Assembly: GCA_020425605.1 (NCBI GenBank)
Contig: JAGQRH010000001.1
Span: 92,650-156,649, forward strand
Reading direction: 5' to 3'
DNA length: 64,000 bases
From: Planctomycetota bacterium
Lineage (GTDB): Bacteria; Planctomycetota; UBA8742; UBA2392
In this document: one piece after another, positions 24,797 through 33,426 of the stretch
Position numbering within the stretch: position 1 is the stretch's first letter
How the letters are laid out: each line of letters opens with the position of its first letter
The notes under the pieces: generated by a model
What the model was told of the DNA's origin: nothing
What the model saw: only the letters and a program-made list of their open reading frames with translations
The model's database searches: none
Made by a program: the position numbers and the translations under genes

Positions 24797-26442
24797 GCCT
24801 TCGTGTCCTGCGCGACCACTTTGTTCTCACCGCTCGCCGTCTGGCTGAGTGACGCCCGTACAGACGTTGTGGTGGGGCGGCGAGTGGGCTGCTTTGCCCT
24901 CTTATACGGAATGTAGATTGTGAAGCGGCTGCCTTTTCCCCACATGGACTCGACCGTGATTCGGCCATCGTGGGCCTGCACGATTTCCTTGCAGATGGCG
25001 AGGCCGAGGCCCGTGCCATCGACCTTGCGGCTGAGCGCCTGGTCGACCCGGTAGAACTTCTCGAAGATACGCGCCTGGTCTTCGGGCGGGATGCCCACGC
25101 CGCGGTCAGCGATCTCGATGAACAGGTCGTTTCGGTCGATGCCGACCATCACCGTGACGAACTTGTCGTCGCCACTGTACTTGATGGCGTTGCTGAGCAG
25201 GTTTAGAACGACTTCGCGAATCGCGTCCTTGTCGAAGCTCGCTTCGTTCGGCACTCCCGGCAATATTTTCAGCCGGATCTCACCGTCCTGGCCGGTCATG
25301 GAAGCCCGGAACAGATTGATCGTGTCACGCACGATCTGCGGCAGGTTATGCAGCTGGAAGTTGTACTTCTTCACCTGGTTCTCGACCTTGCTGAAGCTGA
25401 GTACATGGTCGATCAACGCACCAAGCCGCTCCGTCTCGGTCATGATGGTGTCGAGGCAGGCGTTGACCTGCTCAGGGTTCTTTACACGGCCGAGCTTGAG
25501 CGTCTCGACGAACATGCGGATGCTGGTCAACGGCGTCTTGAGCTCGTGGGTGACGTTGCTGACGAAGTCGACTTTCTTGCGCGCTTCGCTGGATTCACGC
25601 AGGATCATGTGCACGACCATCAGCGTCGCGCTGGCCACGATCGGCACGCACAGCACGGCAATCACCACGAAGATCGAGCTGAGCAGTTTGCTGTCTTTGT
25701 AGAATTGCCGATCGGCATCAAGCTTTAGCACGACATAACGGGCCGGCAGCAACTCGGAGTGGACCGGAACGAACCCCAGCACTTCGTATCGATCACTCGG
25801 CTTCGTTCGCCAGTCGACGCTGGTTCGGTCGGTGCTCTCGAGCACCAGTGAGTCGTTGTCGAGCTCAACGCGTTCCAGATAGCCGTTGATGACGCGGTCA
25901 ATCTCGCTGGGGATCAGCTCCCAGGCGAGAAAGCCGCCGCTGCTGCCGTCGATGTAGACGATGTAAGGCGCGGGCTCACGGCGGGCGCCGTTGGTCCAGT
26001 TCAACGTGAAGGACTGCCGTGTCACTCCCTCAGGTGGGTGTTCAGACATGTTCGCCAGCATCTCGGGCAGTACTGGTGGCGGTTCCTGCTTGCTGGGGCC
26101 GGCCGTACCGACGATCTTGCCGCCGATGCCATAAAAACAACGGATGGCCACGGCGCGGTTGTAGTCGGCGAAGTACTTCTCGACATCGTCCTGCACGCGG
26201 CGGATGTCGGCCTGGCTCTTGGGGGGCTCTTTGCTCAGCTCGGCGACGCGCTCTTCGATGGTGAGGGTCAGGCCGGTCTGCACGTCGCGCAGCTCTTGCC
26301 TGTACTGAGAAGGGCGCAGCTCAATCTCACGCAGGGCGTACGCGCCGAACAGCCCCATGATGACGGTAGGGGCAATGATCGCGAAAATCGCGATCGGGTA
26401 TAGCAGGCGGCGTGAACTCCAGCGTTTGACGTTCAGAGCCAA
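24793..26442 (-). CDS. Sensor histidine kinase
   Basis: 2 TM helices, H-box VTHELKTPLT, N-box NLLSNAIKY, DRGVGI, F-box and GTGLGL. Confidence 0.95.
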   Translation of the reverse strand: MALNVKRWSSRRLLYPIAIFAIIAPTVIMGLFGAYALREIELRPSQYRQELRDVQTGLTLTIEERVAELSKEPPKSQADIRRVQDDVEKYFADYNRAVAIRCFYGIGGKIVGTAGPSKQEPPPVLPEMLANMSEHPPEGVTRQSFTLNWTNGARREPAPYIVYIDGSSGGFLAWELIPSEIDRVINGYLERVELDNDSLVLESTDRTSVDWRTKPSDRYEVLGFVPVHSELLPARYVVLKLDADRQFYKDSKLLSSIFVVIAVLCVPIVASATLMVVHMILRESSEARKKVDFVSNVTHELKTPLTSIRMFVETLKLGRVKNPEQVNACLDTIMTETERLGALIDHVLSFSKVENQVKKYNFQLHNLPQIVRDTINLFRASMTGQDGEIRLKILPGVPNEASFDKDAIREVVLNLLSNAIKYSGDDKFVTVMVGIDRNDLFIEIADRGVGIPPEDQARIFEKFYRVDQALSRKVDGTGLGLAICKEIVQAHDGRITVESMWGKGSRFTIYIPYKRAKQPTRRPTTTSVRASLSQTASGENKVVAQDTKA

Positions 26443-26452
26443 GTCGAGACCC

Positions 26453-26475
26453 TTTCGTTACAAATATTAACGAAA
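26453..26475. promoter_or_regulatory. Palindromic operator candidate
   Basis: TTTCGTTA-caaatat-TAACGAAA, a perfect 8-bp dyad in an AT-rich divergent intergenic region. Confidence 0.6.
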
Positions 26476-26646
26476 CCGGGAGATACAATCATTAGTAGGG
26501 TACCTGAATTCCTGGGGTATTCCGGTGCCGGGGGCGTATTAACGGCTATAGGGCCGCCAACACGTAACCGGAGCCGAAATATGCTAGCCGGCACTTCAGC
26601 AGCACGACGCCCCGAAAAGGTGTCCCGGACGAAGGCTTCGCCACGC

Positions 26647-27204
26647 ATGGAACGTTTTGAGCGCTTCCTTGAGCGGTATCGCGGCCCGATCTTCACGTAC
26701 GTGAATCGGCTGGTGCGCGATGAGGCCACGGCCGAGGATATTGCCCAGGAGACATTCGTACGGCTCTACCGCGAGCTGGACCGCATCCGAGACCAGACCG
26801 CCTCCGCCTGGCTGTACCGCGTGGCCCGCAACCTGGTTACCGACTACATCCGCAAGAAGCGCCCCGTTACGTTCACGGTTCTGCGCGGCAAGGCCGCCGA
26901 TGATGACGATGATTCGCCGGGCCTGCAGTTCGAGCATCCGGGAAGCGGTCCGGTCGGGATCACCACGAACAATGAGCTTCGCGAGCTGATCGACGAGACG
27001 CTCGCCGCCATGAGCCCGAAGTTCCGCGATGTGATTGAGCTGGTCGACGTGCAGAAGCTGACGCACGAGCAAGCATCCGAAGTGCTGGAGTGCAGCGTGA
27101 AGACCGTTTCGGCCCGTCTGGCGCGGGCGCGGGAGTTTTTCACAAACCGGATCGGGCGCTATCTGGAGTCTGATGATGACACCGGATCGGCTGCGGGAAG
27201 TTAG
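26647..27204 (+). CDS. ECF RNA polymerase sigma factor
   Basis: AEDIAQETFV, AWLYRVARNL and region 4 LT.EQASEVL.CSVKTVSARLARAR. Confidence 0.93.
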   Translation: MERFERFLERYRGPIFTYVNRLVRDEATAEDIAQETFVRLYRELDRIRDQTASAWLYRVARNLVTDYIRKKRPVTFTVLRGKAADDDDDSPGLQFEHPGSGPVGITTNNELRELIDETLAAMSPKFRDVIELVDVQKLTHEQASEVLECSVKTVSARLARAREFFTNRIGRYLESDDDTGSAAGS

Positions 27205-27233
27205 GCAGAATTTGTGGTGTGCGATCTGGGCTG

Positions 27234-27253
27234 GTTCGTAACAAGTTCGTAAC
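27234..27253. promoter_or_regulatory. 9-bp direct repeat with 11-bp period
   Basis: GTTCGTAAC-aa-GTTCGTAAC between the sigma and anti-sigma genes. Confidence 0.5.
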
Positions 27254-27296
27254 GCGGCGTGTGCGACGCCGCAGGCATTACCGGGGCCCCTGACTG

Positions 27297-28460
27297 ATGG
27301 AACCTTCAGACTACAAACCCTTTTCTTCAGACGTCCACGACTATGTCGGCGGGCGGATGAGCGCAGAGGCCGAGCGCGACTTTGAGCGCAAGCTGTCGAC
27401 CAATGCCGAGCTGAAAAGCCAGGTCGACCTGCTGCGCAAGTCGCTGGACCTGCTGCACACGCTGCCGATGCAGGAGCCGAAGGAAGGCTTCGACCAGCGC
27501 GTCATCGGGCGCATTCGCGAAGAAGAACTTGCCGACCGCGCGCGCAAGCAGATCGCCGCCGCACCCGCACCGATGTGGCAGCACATCGTGCAGGTAGGCC
27601 TTGGCGCCGCCGCGGCTGCGTTGGTGCTGGCCGTGATCGGTGTACCCGGCATGTTCAAGGATGATACGGACAGGATCGAGGGCACCGGTGGTGCTGCGCC
27701 CGTCGCCCGGGTATCTGCGACCGAAGATGACCTTCTGCCCGCGCTGGCCGACCACAACGCGCGCTTTGAATCCCTGCGCCGCAACGTGGCGCACACCAGC
27801 GTGAGTGACCCTGACCTGCAGCGCCAGTTCATCGCGATGGAGCTTCAGTATTCCGACCTGCAGCGTCGCAATCGCTGGCTTGCTGACCAGGTCACCGGCC
27901 TGCCGTCGGGTAAGCGCGCGCAATATGAGCGTTTCCTTGAGAAGCTTGATGCCGCGCTGGCTACGGTGAATGCAGAGGTCTCGGACAGTGGTGTGGACCG
28001 GCGCCCGGTTGACATGACGGCCGTGCTGGCCGCACTGGATCATGTGCAATCGCTCCAGGGTGAGGTAACGCAGTACACATTGAGTGCCAACGGCGGCTCG
28101 ATCGTACCGGATGGGTCCCTGCAGCAGACGGACACCGGCAGACTGGGTGAGGTCAGCCTGTATGCGCTGGTGCGTCGCGCCGACTATCGCCACGACCATG
28201 CTGCGGTCATAGATGCCGCCGGCATCTACATCTCGAAGTTTCCTCAGGGCTATTTTGCCGATGAGGCCAACGCAGCGTTGATCGCTGCGCACTTGCGGCT
28301 GGGGGAAGATGACGCGGCCGCGCAGCAGTTCAAGACGGCCTTCGGCGACTACGATGAAGACTTGAAAGAAGGCCAGCTTGAGATGGTCCGCGGGCTCCTG
28401 GGCTCGACTGAATTCGAGCGTCTGAACGCAGCCCGCAAAGCGCTTCGCAACCACGAATAG
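27297..28460 (+). CDS. Anti-sigma factor-like membrane protein with C-terminal TPR-like region
   Basis: DYVGGRMS.EAE.DFE N-terminal helix, one TM, YISKFPQGYFADEA; downstream of the ECF sigma. Confidence 0.75.
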   Translation: MEPSDYKPFSSDVHDYVGGRMSAEAERDFERKLSTNAELKSQVDLLRKSLDLLHTLPMQEPKEGFDQRVIGRIREEELADRARKQIAAAPAPMWQHIVQVGLGAAAAALVLAVIGVPGMFKDDTDRIEGTGGAAPVARVSATEDDLLPALADHNARFESLRRNVAHTSVSDPDLQRQFIAMELQYSDLQRRNRWLADQVTGLPSGKRAQYERFLEKLDAALATVNAEVSDSGVDRRPVDMTAVLAALDHVQSLQGEVTQYTLSANGGSIVPDGSLQQTDTGRLGEVSLYALVRRADYRHDHAAVIDAAGIYISKFPQGYFADEANAALIAAHLRLGEDDAAAQQFKTAFGDYDEDLKEGQLEMVRGLLGSTEFERLNAARKALRNHE

Positions 28461-28475
28461 TCATCAAAAACCTGA

Positions 28476-28507
28476 ACCCCCGGCGCCTGCCGGGGGTCTT
28501 TTCATTT
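28476..28507 (+). terminator. Rho-independent terminator
   Basis: acccccggc-gcct-gccgggggt followed by cttttcattt. Confidence 0.85.
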
Positions 28508-28609
28508 GGCGGAATGCTGCCGAAACCGGCGCGCGTTCTGCCATCGAGAGTATTTTCCAAAGTCGGTGCGTTAGTCGCATCGTGGGGTATACTGGTGTCG
28601 GGTGCTGCG

Positions 28610-29371
28610 ATGAGCCTTGAGATTCGCTGCAAATGCGGTTGGACCAGCCAGGTAAGTGACTTTTACCTGGGCGAGCGCATTACCTGCCCCGATTGCGCCG
28701 AGAAGCTGCAGGTGCACATCAACCGAAACGTTCCCTACGGCTACCCGCCCTATCAGGACTGGGCGAAGCGCACCGCGCCGGTCGTTCGTCCGCCAACGTA
28801 TCGCCCGGTCGCGCGGGACCTGATGGTCACGCCGCGCGACCCATTTGCCGGCGCCGCCCTTGGCCTCGGCGTCGCGTCCGTGATCGCTGTATTGACCATG
28901 TGCGGCTATGTGCCCGGCGTGATGATGGCTGTGTTTGGCCTGCATTCTGCCCATCGCAGCAAGCTCTGGAACCGGCATCAGCGCCGTCCAACGGACGCGC
29001 GCGCGCGGGCCGGCTTTGCGCTGTCTTGGCTTGCCCTGTTCTTTGGAGCGCTTGTGCTGGCCGGCGTGGTTCTTGGTGGACCTTCGGACAGCCACCAGCC
29101 GCCGAGCGTCACGCCGTACACCGCCCCGGTACAGCCGACGCAGACACCGGCGCCCACGCCGAAGCCGTTGCGGTACCCGGTAGCGCCGCCGGCGCTGCCA
29201 CCAGTGAACACGGTACCACAGCCAGGCATGCGCTATCCGTCCGTGCCGAGGCCGGAGCCCGTAAAGCCGCGCAACGAATTCGAGCGCAGGCAGCTCAAGT
29301 ACAGCGAAAAAGTGCGCGAACAGCGACAGGCGCCGGGTGCGCCCAAGCCGGGCTATCGCTACGGCAAGTGA
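28610..29371 (+). CDS. Zn-ribbon + DUF4190-like membrane protein with Pro-rich C-terminus
   Basis: CKCG...CPDC; A.AALGLG..S..and ARAGFALS hydrophobic segments. Confidence 0.65.
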   Translation: MSLEIRCKCGWTSQVSDFYLGERITCPDCAEKLQVHINRNVPYGYPPYQDWAKRTAPVVRPPTYRPVARDLMVTPRDPFAGAALGLGVASVIAVLTMCGYVPGVMMAVFGLHSAHRSKLWNRHQRRPTDARARAGFALSWLALFFGALVLAGVVLGGPSDSHQPPSVTPYTAPVQPTQTPAPTPKPLRYPVAPPALPPVNTVPQPGMRYPSVPRPEPVKPRNEFERRQLKYSEKVREQRQAPGAPKPGYRYGK

Positions 29372-29374
29372 TTC

Positions 29375-31726
29375 CTACAGCATGCTTACCGGGTCGACGT
29401 CGATGCTCATGCGCAGGCGTTCGCCGGTCTTGATCAGCGGCTTGATGGCCTCGACCACAGCGCGCACTTCGCGAAAGCCCTTGGCCTTGATGATCACTTG
29501 CCGGCGATGACGCCCGCGAAGCTTGGCGATCGGCGCGTCGAATGGGCCCTGCACGGCGTAGATCGTTCCCTTGAAGCGGTTGGCAAAGTCGTTGGCTGTT
29601 GCCGCGATCTTCTCGGATTCCTCGTCGGCCTTCTGCTCAAGCTTGCCCTCTACGGTCACCAGCACCATGCGTGAAAACGGCGGGTAATTGCTCTCGTCGC
29701 GGTGCTTCAACTCGTAGCCGACGAAGCCACGGAAGTCCTGGCGCGCCCCGGTCACGATGCTGACGTGCTCCGGCTGGAAGGTCTGCACGATCACGGTCCC
29801 CGGCTTGCTGCCGCGGCCTGCACGACCGGCGACTTGCGTCAGCAGCTGGAAGGTGCGCTCGTAGCTGCGGAAGTCGCCGAGGCCCATGCCGACGTCAGCG
29901 TTCACCACGCCGACCACTGTGACGTTCGGGAAGTCGAGCCCCTTGGCAATCATCTGCGTGCCGACAAGGATCTGCGTTTCGCCCGCCCGGAAGGCCTCCA
30001 GCGTGACTTCATAGTCTTCACGCGTCTTCATGACATCGCTGTCCATGCGTGCGATCGCACGGCCGGCGAAGATGATGTTCAGCTCTTCTTCAAGCCGCTC
30101 GGTGCCCATGCCCATCAGTTTGACCGGTCCGCCAAAGCAGTGGGGGCACTGTCGAGGGATCGGCTCGGTGTCGAGGCAGTAATGGCAGGCCATCTTCTTG
30201 AGCCCGCGGTGGAAGCTCATGGGGATGTCGCACTGCGGGCACATCATGGCCTGCCCGCAGTTGGCGCACGACAGCAGTGTGTGGTAGCCGCGTCGATTGA
30301 GGAAGACGATCACCTGCTCATTGCGTTCCAGCGCGGCCGAGCACGCCCCACGCATGCGCCGCGAGAAGAAGGTCAGCTTGTGCTGCTCACGGCATTCCTG
30401 CCCCATGTCGATGATCTCGACACTGGCCAGTCCGGCGTTCGGAGTCCGGCGAATGTCTTGCGTCTGCGGGCCGCGTACGCGCGAGTGCAGCTCTAACAAC
30501 TCATACTTGCCGCCTTGTGCGTTGTGCCAGGACTCCAGCGAAGGAGTGGCCGAGCCCAGCAATGCCACCGCACCCTCCAGTCGGCAGCGCATGATGGCCG
30601 TGTCGCGTGCGTGGTAGCGCGGGGTGTTGTCCTGCTTGTAGGTGCCCTCGTGTTCTTCATCGACGACGACCAACCCGAGGTCCTTTACCGGAGCAAACAG
30701 CGCACTTCGCGGGCCAATCACTACGCGCGACTTGCCCGCTGAGATTGCGCGCCAGGCATCACGGCGCTCGGCGTCGGTCATGCTGCTGTGCAGCACGCTG
30801 ACGTTTTCGAAGCGGCTCGCAAAGCGACGCACCGTCTGGGGCGTCAGGCTGATCTCCGGCACGAGAACGATGGCGGACTTGCCATGGTCCACGGCTCGCT
30901 GGATGGCGCGGATGTAGACCTCGGTCTTGCCGCTGCCGGTGACCCCGAACAACAGGAAGGTCTTGAACTCGTCCCGGTCCAGCGAGTTGGCCACGGCGTC
31001 GAGCGCCTTCTGCTGGTCGAAGGTCAGCGTCTCGGGGATCTTGTCGGGGGCACCGAGGATGCCGCCGCCGCCGACACGCTCCGGCTCGACTTTCTCGAAA
31101 CGCAGCCAGCCCTGCTTGGCCAGCGTGCGGATCGGCGACTCCGATACGCCCAGCTTCTCTGCAAGTGCGGAGGGCGTGAATACATCATCCACGAACGTCC
31201 CCATCGCGCGCAGCACGCGTGCGTAGCCCAGGTTGCGCTCGCCGCTGCCCTTGCCTGAGCGGGCCTTTTCCTCCAGTGCTGCCGCGTGGGCCAACAACTC
31301 CTCAGGCGGCTTTGCGCAACGCAGCACGTTCAGCATGCGACGCTTGCGCCCGGTGCGCACCACTGCCGGCAGCACGGCCTGCAACGCCTCGCCCCATGAG
31401 CAGGCGTAGTATTCGGCCATCCACCGGGTGAGTGCGAGCATGCCGGAGCCCAGTAACGGCTCGTCATCGGGTGCTTCCAGGATGTCCTTGACGGCATGGC
31501 GCATCACGTGGGATTCGTTCTTTTCGGCGACGACGAATCCCTGCAGGCTGCGTGATCCGAACGGCACGGTGACGCGGTGACCGACTTTGGCACGAGACTC
31601 AAGCGGGTCCGGCACGATGTAGTCGAACACGCGGTCCACCGGGGTGGGCAGCGCGACCTCAACAAACCGGCCCCGCACGACCGGTTTCAGGTCTTCTGCA
31701 TCAAACAGCTTGCCGCGCGCGTTCAT
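29375..31726 (-). CDS. priA: Primosomal protein N' (replication restart helicase)
   Basis: FDY, GVTGSGKTEVY, VPEISLTPQ, DEEHE..YKQ, RYHARD, four CxxC, GTQMIAKGLDF and DVDP motifs; start set at MNARG (ATG 31726). Confidence 0.97.
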   Translation of the reverse strand: MNARGKLFDAEDLKPVVRGRFVEVALPTPVDRVFDYIVPDPLESRAKVGHRVTVPFGSRSLQGFVVAEKNESHVMRHAVKDILEAPDDEPLLGSGMLALTRWMAEYYACSWGEALQAVLPAVVRTGRKRRMLNVLRCAKPPEELLAHAAALEEKARSGKGSGERNLGYARVLRAMGTFVDDVFTPSALAEKLGVSESPIRTLAKQGWLRFEKVEPERVGGGGILGAPDKIPETLTFDQQKALDAVANSLDRDEFKTFLLFGVTGSGKTEVYIRAIQRAVDHGKSAIVLVPEISLTPQTVRRFASRFENVSVLHSSMTDAERRDAWRAISAGKSRVVIGPRSALFAPVKDLGLVVVDEEHEGTYKQDNTPRYHARDTAIMRCRLEGAVALLGSATPSLESWHNAQGGKYELLELHSRVRGPQTQDIRRTPNAGLASVEIIDMGQECREQHKLTFFSRRMRGACSAALERNEQVIVFLNRRGYHTLLSCANCGQAMMCPQCDIPMSFHRGLKKMACHYCLDTEPIPRQCPHCFGGPVKLMGMGTERLEEELNIIFAGRAIARMDSDVMKTREDYEVTLEAFRAGETQILVGTQMIAKGLDFPNVTVVGVVNADVGMGLGDFRSYERTFQLLTQVAGRAGRGSKPGTVIVQTFQPEHVSIVTGARQDFRGFVGYELKHRDESNYPPFSRMVLVTVEGKLEQKADEESEKIAATANDFANRFKGTIYAVQGPFDAPIAKLRGRHRRQVIIKAKGFREVRAVVEAIKPLIKTGERLRMSIDVDPVSML

Positions 31727-31768
31727 GCAACGGACTATAACCGCCAACGCGACACAGGCCATTGATCC

Positions 31769-32128
31769 ATGCACCCGTACCTGACCGACAACAAGCTGCG
31801 CAAGGAAGAGAAGCTGCTCAACAAGGGGCAGTTTGACCTGGTATTCGAGAACGGAAGCAGTACCGGCAACAAGCGGATTGTAATCCATTGGGCAGACAAT
31901 GGCCTCGGGCACCCGCGGCTGGGTCTCGTGGTAAGCACACGCTACGGCAACGCTGTGCAGCGCAACCGCTTCAAGCGCCGCATCCGTGAGATCTTCCGCA
32001 CCCACAAGAATGAAATCGGCGCGCGCGACGTTGTAGTATTGCCGTCCAAGCGACCGGAGGCCCGGGACTCGACGTACGAAGAGTTGGCCGATAGCTTCCT
32101 GAAACTACTGACGCGCATCGAAGGCTGA
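31769..32128 (+). CDS. rnpA: Ribonuclease P protein component
   Basis: L.K..QF..VF, PRLGLVVS and GNAVQRNRFKRRIREIFR (RNR motif). Confidence 0.95.
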   Translation: MHPYLTDNKLRKEEKLLNKGQFDLVFENGSSTGNKRIVIHWADNGLGHPRLGLVVSTRYGNAVQRNRFKRRIREIFRTHKNEIGARDVVVLPSKRPEARDSTYEELADSFLKLLTRIEG

Positions 32129-32131
32129 GCC

Positions 32132-32347
32132 ATGCCCGTGTTCGACATCCAGTGCAGCCAGGTTGAAGAAGTCGTCGAGATTCACTTCGGCGGCGACCCG
32201 GAGCCGCGCGGCAACCCCGAATACCGGGGTTTTTCCTGCCAGGCCGAGGCGGAGTGCCGCAAGGCCGGCATTGCCTGCGAGCTCTTCACAGTCGCAGGAT
32301 ATCGGCCATTCAGCGTGGCGGACGCCTTCGAGCACTTCAACTCGTAG
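32132..32347 (+). CDS. Small hypothetical 4-Cys protein
   Basis: ATG 3 nt after the rnpA stop; Cys 8, 36, 42 and 49; high-GC3 codons. Confidence 0.6.
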   Translation: MPVFDIQCSQVEEVVEIHFGGDPEPRGNPEYRGFSCQAEAECRKAGIACELFTVAGYRPFSVADAFEHFNS

Positions 32348-32394
32348 CAAAAGCCTACCCACAGGCGCGGCCTGGCGCTAAATTCCCGCCCACC

Positions 32395-33426
32395 ATGTCG
32401 GCCGACTCTGATTCCAAAAGTGCAGTCTTCTCAGCGCTGATCGTCAACATCATCGTGACGGTGTTGAAGTTCTTTGCGTTTGCGGTGTCGGGCTCAGGCT
32501 CGATGTTCGCCGAGGCAATGCACACGTTGGCTGATTCAGGCAATCAGGCGCTGCTGTTTATCGGCATCAAGCGCTCTGAGCGCCCGGCGACCGAGATGTT
32601 CAGCTACGGCTTCGGGGGCGAGCGCTTCCTGTTTGCACTGCTGTCCGCCGTCGGCATCTTCGTGCTTGGTTGCGGCGTCACCGTCTATCACGGCATTGAA
32701 ACGCTGTTGCATCCACATCCACTGAAGATCGGCTGGCTGGACTTCGTGATCCTCGGTATCGGCTTCTGCCTCGACGGTTTTGTTCTGCTGAAAGCGATCA
32801 AGGCGATCAACTCGCGGCGGGGTGAATTGTCATTCATGAAGTTCCTGCGCACCACGGATGACCCGACCATCGCGGCGGTGCTGCTGGAAGATGGCGTTGC
32901 CTGCTTCGGCGTGATCATCGCGTTGATCGGAATCCTGCTGGCCTACTTCCTGCACATGCCGGTGTTTGATGCGCTCGGCTCGATTTTCATCGGCGGGCTG
33001 CTTGGCTTTATCGCCGTCTGGCTTGGCTACAAGAACCGCGGGCTGATGCTGGGGCGTGCCATCCCGCCAGAAATGCAGAAGCAGGCGCTGGAGTTCATCA
33101 ACTCACAGCCGAGTGTCGACCGCGTGCGGCATATCCAGAGCCGAGTGGTGGGTGCGGACACTTATACGCTGAAGGCCGAGATCGACTGGAACGGAAACTG
33201 GTTCGGCGAGCAGCAACTCGACTGGGTCCACAAGCATGAAGTGGATCTGTCTGATACGGGAGCGGCCAAGTCCTTCGCCGCGGAGTTCGGCGAGCGCATC
33301 ACGACGGCCATTGCGCGCGAAGTAGACCGGCTCGAGGTCGAGTTGCAGAAGTTGATTCCGGAGCTGAAGTTCCTCGACTTCGAGGGCGACACGCCCACCG
33401 GCCACACCCAGGTCATCCAGAAGTAG
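32395..33426 (+). CDS. Cation diffusion facilitator (ZnT9-like)
   Basis: SMFAEAMHTLADSGNQ, YGFGGERF, VLLEDG and FDALGSI motifs. Confidence 0.92.
   Translation: MSADSDSKSAVFSALIVNIIVTVLKFFAFAVSGSGSMFAEAMHTLADSGNQALLFIGIKRSERPATEMFSYGFGGERFLFALLSAVGIFVLGCGVTVYHGIETLLHPHPLKIGWLDFVILGIGFCLDGFVLLKAIKAINSRRGELSFMKFLRTTDDPTIAAVLLEDGVACFGVIIALIGILLAYFLHMPVFDALGSIFIGGLLGFIAVWLGYKNRGLMLGRAIPPEMQKQALEFINSQPSVDRVRHIQSRVVGADTYTLKAEIDWNGNWFGEQQLDWVHKHEVDLSDTGAAKSFAAEFGERITTAIAREVDRLEVELQKLIPELKFLDFEGDTPTGHTQVIQK

Noticed and set aside
31727-32005. N-terminal extension of priA in the ORF track
   Set aside because: Overlaps rnpA on the opposite strand; PriA similarity starts only after MNARG (31726).
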